Shown here in pieces: positions 13,275 to 21,093 of a stretch of DNA of 40,095 nt. Position numbers and translations under genes: made by a program. The notes under the pieces are model-generated. The model was not told the origin of the DNA and ran no database searches. It worked only from the letters and a program-made list of their open reading frames with translations. Every line of letters starts with the position of its first letter. Position 1 is the stretch's first letter. The stretch comes from a virus: the IMG/VR virus record IMGVR_UViG_2799112531_000001, positions 1 through 40,095 of that record; one strand, given 5' to 3'.

Positions 13275-13300
13275 TTGCCGTCCGTATACGGACCGGAACC
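13275..13300 (+). repeat. R3: TTGCCGTCCGTATACGGACCGGAACC (inverted copy of R1/R2; perfect 12-bp palindrome TCCGTATACGGA in the centre)
   Basis: Its reverse complement GGTTCCGGTCCGTATACGGACGGCAA matches R1 at 23/26 positions. It lies 60 nt upstream of the 13360 ATG. Confidence 0.85.
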
Positions 13301-13359
13301 ACCGTACCACAAACACCCCGCGCAAGTCTATTGACAGACGAACCAAAAGGAGCCCACCC

Positions 13360-13533
13360 ATGACCGACTACCTCATCACCATCCAGCAGGACCTTGCCTT
13401 CCACCAGGCCCGTCTTGCCCAGGCCGACCCCGAGGCTGTCCCGGTGATCCGCCAATCCATCGAGGCAATCGAGAAAGACCTTGCCCGGTGCATGGAAATC
13501 TGGGAACGAGCTGAAAAGGCCGCGAACAAGTAA
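13360..13533 (+). CDS. Hypothetical 57-aa helical protein
   Basis: ATG at 13360 with RBS AAAAGGAG. The long N-terminal extension of track ORF 12985..13533 is P/R/S-rich and not protein-like. Confidence 0.6.
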   Translation: MTDYLITIQQDLAFHQARLAQADPEAVPVIRQSIEAIEKDLARCMEIWERAEKAANK

Positions 13534-13573
13534 GACCCACCCACCCCCAACCGCCCTTCCCGGGCGCCCCTTC

Positions 13574-13652
13574 CGGTTACAGTTTTGGTTTCAGTTCCGT
13601 ATTCAGATTCAGTAGGTGACCAGTGGTCACCACTGGTCACCAGTTGTAACCA
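13574..13652. repeat. Dense repeat cluster: GGTTACA/TGTAACC inverted repeat flanking three TTCAG repeats and three TGGTCACC 8-mers
   Basis: GGTGACCA (13615-13622), TGGTCACC (13624-13631) and TGGTCACC (13634-13641). The first two form a 17-bp palindrome. The region is non-coding. Confidence 0.8.
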
Positions 13653-13791
13653 CATCCATAGACACGTCCTTTCCTTCATGACAAAATCCTCCTATTTTTG
13701 TTCTGATACTCCTTTGTTCGGCTGGGTGCACAACGGGAGGGACGCCCCGGAAAGGCGGCTGGGGAACGACACAACGAAAGGAGCTGATACC

Positions 13792-13995
13792 ATGCCCCGC
13801 GAGAAAGAAGGCTACCGGGACCAACTGGAGTATCTGTTGGACTACTTTGGCCCCGTGGGGCTCCTGACCAAGCACCAGGTGGCCGAGTACCTGGGCCGGT
13901 CTGACCGCTACGTCAAGGACCGTCTGGGCGTAGGCCGGGAGGGCGTGACCCTTCCCATCCTGGCCCGGCGTCTGCTGGCGCTCTGTGATGAATGA
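13792..13995 (+). CDS. Small HTH DNA-binding protein (67 aa; excisionase or regulator-like)
   Basis: ATG at 13792 with RBS GAAAGGAG. LLTKHQVAEYLGRSDRYVKDRLGV resembles MerR/Xis-type HTH proteins. Confidence 0.6.
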   Translation: MPREKEGYRDQLEYLLDYFGPVGLLTKHQVAEYLGRSDRYVKDRLGVGREGVTLPILARRLLALCDE

Positions 13996-14281
13996 GTGGC
14001 AGATGTCCAACCGGGATTTCCTGTCCCGCGAGTTTGCCCGGAGCATGGGCAAGGCAAGCCGCGCTGCAACGCGGCACGACGTAAACCACAAAGAAGCCAT
14101 GCGCCTGTATAAACGGGGCCTGAGCGATCTGAATATCGCCAACGTCCTGGGCGTGAGTAAAGGAGATGTATTCAAATGGAGAAAACAATGTGGACTTATC
14201 AGCAATTCGATCCGATTACGGGAACAGCCTACCCGGTCCCAGAGGACAAGGAAGCCTACACCGTCCCCGGAAGAGAAGTGA
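13988..14281 (+). CDS. HTH protein (about 97 aa)
   Basis: EAMRLYKRGLSDLNIANVLGVSKGDVFKWRKQCGL is an HTH motif. The low-complexity tail overlaps the next ORF by 106 nt, so the true 3' end is uncertain. Confidence 0.5.
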   Translation: MNEWQMSNRDFLSREFARSMGKASRAATRHDVNHKEAMRLYKRGLSDLNIANVLGVSKGDVFKWRKQCGLISNSIRLREQPTRSQRTRKPTPSPEEK

Positions 14282-14382
14282 CCGTTCTGGGCGTTCCCGA
14301 TGGGTACGAAAAACCGATCCTTGCCATGTTCGCCGCCCGCGACGCCCGCCGCGCCCGCTGCCGCATCGTGGCGTTTCAGTGA
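14176..14382 (+). CDS. Hypothetical protein (68 aa)
   Basis: RBS AAAGGAG 10 nt upstream. Third-position G/C bias in this frame is stronger than in the overlapping frame. Confidence 0.6.
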   Translation: MEKTMWTYQQFDPITGTAYPVPEDKEAYTVPGREVTVLGVPDGYEKPILAMFAARDARRARCRIVAFQ

Positions 14383-14394
14383 AAGGAGAACACA

Positions 14395-14607
14395 ATGAAC
14401 GAACCCAACCCCGCCTACAACTTCGGCGATATCCGGGTGACCATCACCCCCGACCATGTGAAGGACTACTTCATGGAGACCCCGGCGGCCGTCTCCGCCC
14501 TTCTGGACCACCTGATCGTCACCTCACCCTACACCCTGTCCGTCTTCCTGGACGAGCACCGGGACGACTTCGAGGACTTTGTCCTCTCCAGAGTAGGAGG
14601 GGCGTAA
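14395..14607 (+). CDS. Hypothetical protein (70 aa)
   Basis: RBS GAAAGGAGAA. Acidic, protein-like composition. Confidence 0.7.
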   Translation: MNEPNPAYNFGDIRVTITPDHVKDYFMETPAAVSALLDHLIVTSPYTLSVFLDEHRDDFEDFVLSRVGGA

Positions 14608-15314
14608 TGGGCATCCCGGTTATCATCTACGGCAAATCCGGCTCCGGCAAGTCCCGCAGCCTGAAAGCCTTTTCCCCCGAGGAGATCACCCTCATCAACG
14701 TCCTGGGCAAGCCCCTCCCGTTCAAGGGAGCCTTCCGGTACACCATCAACTCCGACAACTACAACGACGTCTTCAAGGCCCTGAAGGCCCTCCCCACCAA
14801 CGCCGCCGTCATTGATGACGCGACCTATCTCATGACAAATATGTTCATGAGAGGCCACGCAATGCCGCAGTCTGGAGGGAGCGTATTCAGCCTCTATAAC
14901 GACATTGGGGACTTCTTCTGGTCCCTGATCCGCTCCATCCAGCAGGACCTTCCCGCCGACGCCGTGGTCTATCTCATGATGCACGAGGAGCCATCCGGCG
15001 ACCTGGGCGACGTCAAGCTCAAGACCATCGGCAAGCTGCTGGACGAAAAGGTCTGTATCGAGGGCCTGGTCACCGTGGCCCTCCACTGTGTTTACGCCGG
15101 CGAGAAGCACGTCTTCAAGACCCACACCAACGGCCGGGACGTATCCAAGAGCCCCGAAGGGATGTTCCCTTCCGACGAGATACCCAACGACCTGAAGGCG
15201 GTGGACGCCGCCATCCGGGACTACTGGTCCCTGCCCCCGCTGGGCAAGCGCACCAAACAGGAACCCAAGGAAACCAAGGAAAAACCCAACACCAAGGAGG
15301 AAACCAGGAAATGA
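14607..15314 (+). CDS. P-loop NTPase (AAA_24/Sak4-like recombination ATPase candidate)
   Basis: ATG at 14607 (TAATG overlap). Walker A IIYGKSGSGKSRS, Walker B-like AAVIDDATY. Followed by a DUF669-like gene, a common phage pairing. Confidence 0.75.
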   Translation: MGIPVIIYGKSGSGKSRSLKAFSPEEITLINVLGKPLPFKGAFRYTINSDNYNDVFKALKALPTNAAVIDDATYLMTNMFMRGHAMPQSGGSVFSLYNDIGDFFWSLIRSIQQDLPADAVVYLMMHEEPSGDLGDVKLKTIGKLLDEKVCIEGLVTVALHCVYAGEKHVFKTHTNGRDVSKSPEGMFPSDEIPNDLKAVDAAIRDYWSLPPLGKRTKQEPKETKEKPNTKEETRK

Positions 15315-15910
15315 GAAACCTGAACCTGCAAAACGTCACCGCCAAGACCGGCGGAGACTTCCCCCCCGTGGAGCCCGGCGGCTACATCTGCCGGATCATC
15401 AACGTCACCGACGTTCCCGAGAAGGAATACCTCATGATCGACCTGGACGTTGCCGCCGGGGAATACAAGGACTACTACAAGGACCTGGCCGCCCGGGCCG
15501 GCTTCTGGGGCTGCACCCAGTATTGGTCCTACAAAGAAGCCAACCTTCCCTATTTCAAGGGCAACATCACCGCCGTGGAGGAATCCAACACCGGCTATCG
15601 CTTCTCCGACCAGAACGAGCAGGACCTTCGGGGCAAGCTCATCGGCGCCGTCTTCGGGGAGGAGGAGTACAAGACCAAAGCCGGGGAGATCAAGTGCAAC
15701 GTGAAGCCCCGGTTCGTCTGTTCAGCCCAGCGGATCATGGACCACGACTACAGCATCCCCAAGCGCAAGGTCTACGACCCCTCCAAGGACAAGCGGAACC
15801 GCTCCGCCGGCGCCCGGGCCGACTACCTCAACCCCGTTGTGAATGAAGTCTCCGCCGTTGCGGACGAGCTGGACACCTGGGCCAAGGGTCGGAAGCTCCC
15901 CTGGGATTGA
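15311..15910 (+). CDS. DUF669-like protein (putative ssDNA-binding or recombination accessory protein)
   Basis: 199 aa. N-terminal ...FPPVEPGGYICRIINV... pattern, and position between the ATPase and the replication genes. From memory of the family; no HMM run. Confidence 0.6.
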   Translation: MRNLNLQNVTAKTGGDFPPVEPGGYICRIINVTDVPEKEYLMIDLDVAAGEYKDYYKDLAARAGFWGCTQYWSYKEANLPYFKGNITAVEESNTGYRFSDQNEQDLRGKLIGAVFGEEEYKTKAGEIKCNVKPRFVCSAQRIMDHDYSIPKRKVYDPSKDKRNRSAGARADYLNPVVNEVSAVADELDTWAKGRKLPWD

Positions 15911-15923
15911 GGAGGGATCGTGA

Positions 15924-16520
15924 ATGGCCCGCACACAGTTTACCTTTTACGAGAGCTGGTATAAGGCGGTGAGCCAGCTCAGGAAGAAGAGCGACCAGGC
16001 GGAGACCATGGACGCCATCTGCAAATACGCCCTGTACGCGGAGGAGCCGGATATCTCCGGCCCTCCTGCGGCGATCTTTGAGAGCATCCGCCCCGCCCTG
16101 AACACCGCCCGGAAGAAATCCGAAAACGGGAAGAAGGGCGGAAGCAAAGGGAAAGCAAAAGAAAGCAAACCGGAGGAAGAAGAAAGCAAAGACGAAACTA
16201 GAAATAGTACTAGTACTAGAAATAGTAATAGAACTATATGTTATTCTCCTGAAACTTCCTCTTCGAGGAAGTTTGCCCCTCCTTCCGTGGACGAGGTGGC
16301 GGCTTACGTCCGGGAAAAGGGCTATCACATCGACCCGGAGACCTTCGTGGCCTTCTACCAGTCCAAGGGCTGGAAGGTCGGTTCCCAGCCCATGAAGGAC
16401 TGGAAGGCCGCCGTCACCACCTGGGAGAAGAAAGACAAGGCCGCCGCTTCCCAGCCCGAAAGCGAAGCCAGGGAGCGCCGGGAGGAATGGGAAAAGCGAT
16501 TCTACGGAGGGAGTGAGTGA
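15924..16520 (+). CDS. Replication organiser-like protein (DUF6291-like N-terminus; conserved C-terminus ...YQSKGWKVGSQPMKDWKAAVTTWEKK)
   Basis: Lies immediately upstream of, and overlaps, dnaB. The central K/E/S-rich linker coincides with the repeat and AT-rich field. Confidence 0.65.
   Translation: MARTQFTFYESWYKAVSQLRKKSDQAETMDAICKYALYAEEPDISGPPAAIFESIRPALNTARKKSENGKKGGSKGKAKESKPEEEESKDETRNSTSTRNSNRTICYSPETSSSRKFAPPSVDEVAAYVREKGYHIDPETFVAFYQSKGWKVGSQPMKDWKAAVTTWEKKDKAAASQPESEARERREEWEKRFYGGSE
16142..16274. repeat. Origin-like field inside the replication gene: four phased AAGCAAA repeats, an AT-rich segment with a 13-bp direct repeat, and a 10-bp inverted repeat
   Basis: AAGCAA starts at 16142, 16153, 16163 and 16184 (spacing 11, 10 and 21 bp). 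ACTAGAAATAGTA occurs at 16197-16209 and 16215-16227. AAACTTCCTC-ttc-GAGGAAGTTT lies at 16252-16274. Confidence 0.55.
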
Positions 16521-17797
16521 GCGTGTATACTGCAGGGATCGAGGCAGCCACCAGCATTCTGGGCTCCATCCTCATTGACGCCTCCTGTCTCTCCTCCGTC
16601 CGGGACGAGATCACCCCGGAGATGTTCCCCCTCCCGGCCCAGGCCGCCATCTACACCGCCGCCTGCGCCCTCCAGGACGAGGGCCAGCCCGTGGACCCGG
16701 TGACCATCGGGGCCCGGGTGAAGGAGACCGGCGGGGAGTGGTCCAATGCCTACGCCATGCAGCTTATGGAGGTGACCCCCACCTCTGCCAACGTCCTGGA
16801 GTATTGCCGTCTGCTCCGCCGGGAGGCCATGTCCCGGACCCTGGAGGAGAACGCCCGCCGGGCGTCGGAAGAGCTCACCGCCGGCCAGGACCCCTTCGCC
16901 GTGGCCCAGGAGCTCACCGCCGCCATCGAGGACGTGTCCAAGATGGAAAACACCTCCGGCGTGGTCACCGGCTCCGACGCCATGGTGGAGCTCTTCGACG
17001 CCATGACGGCGGCGGAGGAGGCCGCCCCCTATCTCAGGACGGGCTACCGTGCCCTGGACCGCATTTTGGGCGGCGGGCTGATCAACGGATGCCTGTACAT
17101 CCTGGCGGCCCGTCCGGGGCAGGGAAAGACCACCTTGGGGGCCGCCATTGCGGAGCACGTCGCCGCCGGGGGGAAGACGGTGCTCTTTGTCTCCCTGGAG
17201 ATGACCCGTCAGCAGTTGGCCGCCCGCCGGGTGGCCGCTTATGTGGGCACCGTGACCGCCACCCAGGTCCTCACCGGGGACTGTCACGGGGAGGACCTGG
17301 ACAAGGTGACCGCCGCCATCACCACCCTGTCCAAGCGCAAGATTTTATTCAACCGCCGGGGCCGGGTGAATGTCCGGGAGATACAGTTTCTTGCCCAGAA
17401 GAACAAGGTGGATTTGGTGGTCATTGACTACCTGGGCCTCATCCAGCACGGCGACGGAAAGAGCCTGTACGAGAAGGTCACAGAGACCTCGAACCGTTTG
17501 AAGCAAATGACCATCCTCCTGAATCTTCCGGTGCTGTGCCTGGCCCAGCTCAACCGGGAGGTGGAGGGCCGGGGAAACAAGCCCCCCCGCCTGTCCGATC
17601 TCAGGGATTCCGGGGCCATCGAGCAGGACGCCGACGCGGTTTTGTTTCTCCACCGGCTGGACGATCCGGACCGGGAGGAAACCAGCCTGACCCCGCTGGA
17701 CCTCATCGTGGAGAAGAACCGGTACGGCCCCCGGGGCACCGTGGCCCTGGGCTGGTCCCTGAACAACGGACGGATCGTGGAAGGGGGCGGGCGCTGA
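16517..17797 (+). CDS. dnaB: Replicative DNA helicase (DnaB family)
   Basis: 426 aa. Walker A AARPGQGKTT, DYLGLI, SDLRDSGAIEQDADAV. GTG start overlaps the upstream stop. Confidence 0.92.
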   Translation: MSVYTAGIEAATSILGSILIDASCLSSVRDEITPEMFPLPAQAAIYTAACALQDEGQPVDPVTIGARVKETGGEWSNAYAMQLMEVTPTSANVLEYCRLLRREAMSRTLEENARRASEELTAGQDPFAVAQELTAAIEDVSKMENTSGVVTGSDAMVELFDAMTAAEEAAPYLRTGYRALDRILGGGLINGCLYILAARPGQGKTTLGAAIAEHVAAGGKTVLFVSLEMTRQQLAARRVAAYVGTVTATQVLTGDCHGEDLDKVTAAITTLSKRKILFNRRGRVNVREIQFLAQKNKVDLVVIDYLGLIQHGDGKSLYEKVTETSNRLKQMTILLNLPVLCLAQLNREVEGRGNKPPRLSDLRDSGAIEQDADAVLFLHRLDDPDREETSLTPLDLIVEKNRYGPRGTVALGWSLNNGRIVEGGGR

Positions 17798-18267
17798 TGT
17801 ACTGGATTCCCCACACCGCCACGCCGCCCCTGAACAAGCAGGATGTATTGGTCTGGAACTACCGAAGGCCGGCGGAATACACCGTGGCGAAATACTATGA
17901 CATGGGTGCTGAGATGGACGACGGACAAACGGCTTATCTCAGCGGTTTTTACACCAAAAACAAGGGAGGCCGCCGCGCCCTGATCCGCTCCGGCGTCAGC
18001 TATTTTCTCCCCCTGGAGGTGCCAAAACCCGCAGAGGAGACCAAGGCCAAGCTGTACCGCCGGGGCTACCGCGCGGCCCTCCTGCGGACCATGGCGATCC
18101 TGGAGGACATGAGCCGCACCGCCATAGCCGGCGAAGCCTGGGCCATTAAGACCCTCCACACCCGCCTCCAGGCCGAAGCAAAGGAAGTCATGAGCAAAGG
18201 CTATATAACCATGGACCTGCCGGACCAAAAGGAAGAAGGCGGCGAGGAAGTGAGGGGGATGGGATGA
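17797..18267 (+). CDS. Hypothetical protein (156 aa)
   Basis: ATG at 17797 overlaps the dnaB stop (TGATG). Protein-like sequence from MYWIPHTATPPLNKQ... Confidence 0.65.
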   Translation: MYWIPHTATPPLNKQDVLVWNYRRPAEYTVAKYYDMGAEMDDGQTAYLSGFYTKNKGGRRALIRSGVSYFLPLEVPKPAEETKAKLYRRGYRAALLRTMAILEDMSRTAIAGEAWAIKTLHTRLQAEAKEVMSKGYITMDLPDQKEEGGEEVRGMG

Positions 18268-18419
18268 TTCTGGTAATCCACATCGACAATCCCGGTGACA
18301 TCATCGGGATCAAGGAGCTCATCGCATCCCGCCTGGAGGACCTGGGCGGGGTGCGGGTGGTGGAGGTCAGGGAGGAGCTGACAAAGCAGACGAGCCTTTG
18401 GAAGGAGGACAAACCATGA
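18264..18419 (+). CDS. Hypothetical protein (51 aa)
   Basis: ATGA overlap with the upstream stop. MILVIHIDNPGDIIGIKELIASRLEDLGGVRVVEVREELTKQTSLWKEDKP. Below the ORF-track cutoff. Confidence 0.5.
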   Translation: MILVIHIDNPGDIIGIKELIASRLEDLGGVRVVEVREELTKQTSLWKEDKP

Positions 18420-18742
18420 GCGTTATTGTGATGGGGATGCAGATGCCTAAAAGGTGTTTTGAGTGTCCAATTATTGACGCAACAGATGGCTTTTGGTGTT
18501 CTGCCGCAGATAAGGATTTGCGACAAGAACATGGTATCAATCTATCTAAGCCTGACTGGTGCCCCCTCCGCCCACTGCCTGAGAAGCATGGGAGGTTGAT
18601 TGATGCGGATGCCTTTATAGGAACAATACGACCTATTGTAGAAGAAGATGATTATGCTGGCTGCACTTTTAGAACCGTAAAAGAGCTTATGACTGAGCAT
18701 ATAGATGAAGCGCAAACCATCGTGGAAGCGGATGGAGAATAA
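18416..18742 (+). CDS. Hypothetical Cys-containing protein (108 aa)
   Basis: ATG at 18416 with RBS GGAAGGAGGA. CFECP...C...DWCP pattern. Beginning of the low-GC block. Confidence 0.65.
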   Translation: MSVIVMGMQMPKRCFECPIIDATDGFWCSAADKDLRQEHGINLSKPDWCPLRPLPEKHGRLIDADAFIGTIRPIVEEDDYAGCTFRTVKELMTEHIDEAQTIVEADGE

Positions 18743-18743
18743 G

Positions 18744-19001
18744 ATGATAATAAAACGAAAAATTGAAGAAGAAATAAAGGTATATTATACAATGATTGAA
18801 CTACTAAAAGGAAAGGTTCGCCCAGTCCGAAGCTATTTTGAGCGACACGGATGGAAAGAATGTGGTGGTTATTCTGGTGAAGTCTGTGTTGATGGAAAAG
18901 AATATGCAGGTCATACTAAATATGTAAAAAGGTTTCGGAGCGAAGATGAACGGGAAAATGAGATGGAAGATATTTATACATTCATTTCGTTAATGGAATA
19001 G
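18744..19001 (+). CDS. Hypothetical protein (85 aa)
   Basis: ATG at 18744 after GGATGGAGAA. AT-rich codon usage. Confidence 0.55.
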   Translation: MIIKRKIEEEIKVYYTMIELLKGKVRPVRSYFERHGWKECGGYSGEVCVDGKEYAGHTKYVKRFRSEDERENEMEDIYTFISLME

Positions 19002-19011
19002 AGGTGAAACA

Positions 19012-19416
19012 ATGAACCGAGAAATTTTGTTCAGAGGAAAGCGGATTGATAACGGTTGGTGGATGGAAGGATACTGCAGCAAATATTTTGATGGATTTAA
19101 AACTGCAACGTGCATTGCACAGCCGACCAGAGAGACGATTACAGGAAGTTTGTGCTATGAAGTTGACCCTTCCACTGTAGGCCAATACACCGGCCTGACC
19201 GACAAGAACGGAAAAAGGATTTTTGATGGAGATTTGATAACGATCCCCGGTAGCAAACGTCAGGGATTGCCCGCTCCTGTGAAGTGGTCAAATTTCGATG
19301 CGCGTTTCGAGGTATGCAGGAGAGGGTTTAATCCAATTTGCTTAGATGGTGACGAGGGAATTTATGAGGTCATCGGAAACATCCACGACAACTATGAATT
19401 TTTGGAGGGAGAATGA
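19012..19416 (+). CDS. YopX-family protein
   Basis: FRGKRIDNGWW...VDPSTVGQYTGLTDKNGKRIFDGDLI...EVIGNIHDN matches the remembered YopX pattern. Confidence 0.8.
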   Translation: MNREILFRGKRIDNGWWMEGYCSKYFDGFKTATCIAQPTRETITGSLCYEVDPSTVGQYTGLTDKNGKRIFDGDLITIPGSKRQGLPAPVKWSNFDARFEVCRRGFNPICLDGDEGIYEVIGNIHDNYEFLEGE

Positions 19417-19417
19417 G

Positions 19418-19618
19418 ATGACTAAATTGAAACCGTGCCCGTTTAGAGTGCACGGAGAGAGGACGGCAAGTCGGACTGTTGCAGGGGAGTTTTACTACAA
19501 CGAAACATTTATGCCCTGCATGGGAGAAGGTTGCCCCGCTTTCCGTTCAGACAATAACACCTGTACTAACTATGGTGCGAATTACGACCTTAACAGGAGG
19601 GCAGGAGAAGATGGCTGA
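19418..19618 (+). CDS. Small Cys-rich protein (66 aa), Lar-like N-terminus
   Basis: MTKLKPCPF... resembles the start of Lar-type restriction-alleviation or zinc-ribbon proteins. Weak, from memory. Confidence 0.5.
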   Translation: MTKLKPCPFRVHGERTASRTVAGEFYYNETFMPCMGEGCPAFRSDNNTCTNYGANYDLNRRAGEDG

Positions 19619-19913
19619 ATACATCGAAAAGCAGGCGGCGATTAAGGCCGTTCATGCTGAGTTCGACGAATGCCTTGTATGGGATGAAAGCGGGCAATAT
19701 ACTGCAAACGAAGTGGAAAATGTCCTTGAAGCAATCCCACCCGCCGACGTTCGGCCTGTGGTGAGGGGGCAGTGGATTGAAGATGAAAGCGGAATCGTTA
19801 TATGTTCCAACTGCGGTGAAGAACACGAGTGGGATAACTATCGCGCCAACTTCTGCGACACATGCGGTGCCGACATGAGGGGTGGTGATGCCGATGGCGA
19901 AGAGAAAGATTGA
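19611..19913 (+). CDS. Hypothetical zinc-ribbon protein (100 aa)
   Basis: ATG at 19611 after GGCAGGAGAAG. CSNCG...CDTCG motif. Confidence 0.6.
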   Translation: MAEYIEKQAAIKAVHAEFDECLVWDESGQYTANEVENVLEAIPPADVRPVVRGQWIEDESGIVICSNCGEEHEWDNYRANFCDTCGADMRGGDADGEEKD

Positions 19914-20124
19914 CCTCATGCACCAGCTGTTCGGAAAAACCGAACAACTATGCAAGGACTGTGACCACTTTCTCCGGGAGAGATACCGTGATAAGACGTA
20001 CCGCAAGTGCGAAGTCTACGGCGTGACGAACAGTGAGGCATCCGATTGGAACGTATCCTATCAGGCTTGTGGGTTGTTTAACAAGACGTACCCGTATAAA
20101 GGAAAACTATTGCGTTACTCCTAA
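19888..20124 (+). CDS. Hypothetical protein (78 aa)
   Basis: ATG at 19888. Contains CKDC...C...C cysteines. Overlaps the upstream gene end. Confidence 0.5.
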   Translation: MPMAKRKIDLMHQLFGKTEQLCKDCDHFLRERYRDKTYRKCEVYGVTNSEASDWNVSYQACGLFNKTYPYKGKLLRYS

Positions 20125-20151
20125 ATCACGGAATCATCAGGGAGAAGCCGG

Positions 20152-20619
20152 ATGAGAGAAGTTAAGTTTACAAAGGCAGCTCCGGGGGCCTGTCCTTCAT
20201 ACGGTGAATATTACATCCAAGACAGGCCCTACGGGAGAGATATCCATGGAAACGAGTGCTATCAATATGCGTTATACCGAAAGAGGCGTTTCGAGACTTT
20301 GCGGAGATTTCGTACTCGGAAGCAAGCATATCAATACCTAAGCAACCGCACTGGCACCTCCCGCTGGGATATACAGTACGGCAGTTACAGCATTATCGTG
20401 AACGACCGGGATTATCTCGGTATCTTGCATGGGAGCGTAATGTATCGGCTAAACAAGAGGTCACGGGAGATACAAACTCGACCTGCAGAAGATGAGAGGG
20501 TTACCGTGTGGTATGACAAACTTAACGAATGCATCGCGGAAGCAAAGCAGATAATCACAGAAATGGAGGATGAACAATTGGAAGGACAACTTGATTTGTT
20601 AGGAGGTGATGCCGAATGA
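20152..20619 (+). CDS. Hypothetical protein (155 aa)
   Basis: RBS GGGAGAAG. Basic N-terminal part and acidic C-terminus. No motif recognised. Confidence 0.6.
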   Translation: MREVKFTKAAPGACPSYGEYYIQDRPYGRDIHGNECYQYALYRKRRFETLRRFRTRKQAYQYLSNRTGTSRWDIQYGSYSIIVNDRDYLGILHGSVMYRLNKRSREIQTRPAEDERVTVWYDKLNECIAEAKQIITEMEDEQLEGQLDLLGGDAE

Positions 20620-20695
20620 CAGGAGACCAACTAACTACCTACACACCGCCAATGCCACAAAGCCCCGGTGACGGGGCGGAAGGAGGAAATAATAA

Positions 20696-21085
20696 ATGAG
20701 AAAAATCTTGATGTTAGTGATGATTGCCGCCATGGCGGTGACGATGTGCGCCTGCAGAGAAGCCTCTAAGGTTAGCTATAACCTCTCCAAAGAGGCCGAC
20801 AACTTTAACATAGTGCGGCGACTCACCGTCTTCGACACCAGGACTGACACGGTGATGTTTCAGATGACCGGAACCTTTTCCATCAAGACGGACGTCGATG
20901 ACGGGCAACTGGAGGTCACCTGTGAGCTGCCGGATGGTACGTTTGCAAAACACTTCTGCTATCTCAGCAGGGATACCACCTATGTGGTAGAGGACCTGTC
21001 CGGGACGGACGTGAGTAAGTATTCCTATGAATTAAACTTCCTGCCGGAGATGATTCCCGGCGTAAAAATCACGTCCAATGATTAA
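20696..21085 (+). CDS. Putative lipoprotein (129 aa)
   Basis: Signal peptide MRKILMLVMIAAMAVTMC with Cys at position 18 (lipobox-like TMC). RBS GGAAGGAGGAA. Confidence 0.65.
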   Translation: MRKILMLVMIAAMAVTMCACREASKVSYNLSKEADNFNIVRRLTVFDTRTDTVMFQMTGTFSIKTDVDDGQLEVTCELPDGTFAKHFCYLSRDTTYVVEDLSGTDVSKYSYELNFLPEMIPGVKITSND

Positions 21086-21093
21086 GGAGAAGA

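Noticed and set aside
12985-13359. N-terminal 125 aa of track ORF 12985..13533
   Set aside because: P/R/S/G-rich with no RBS. A strong RBS and ATG at 13360 gives a compact helical 57-aa protein, so the upstream part is treated as non-coding.
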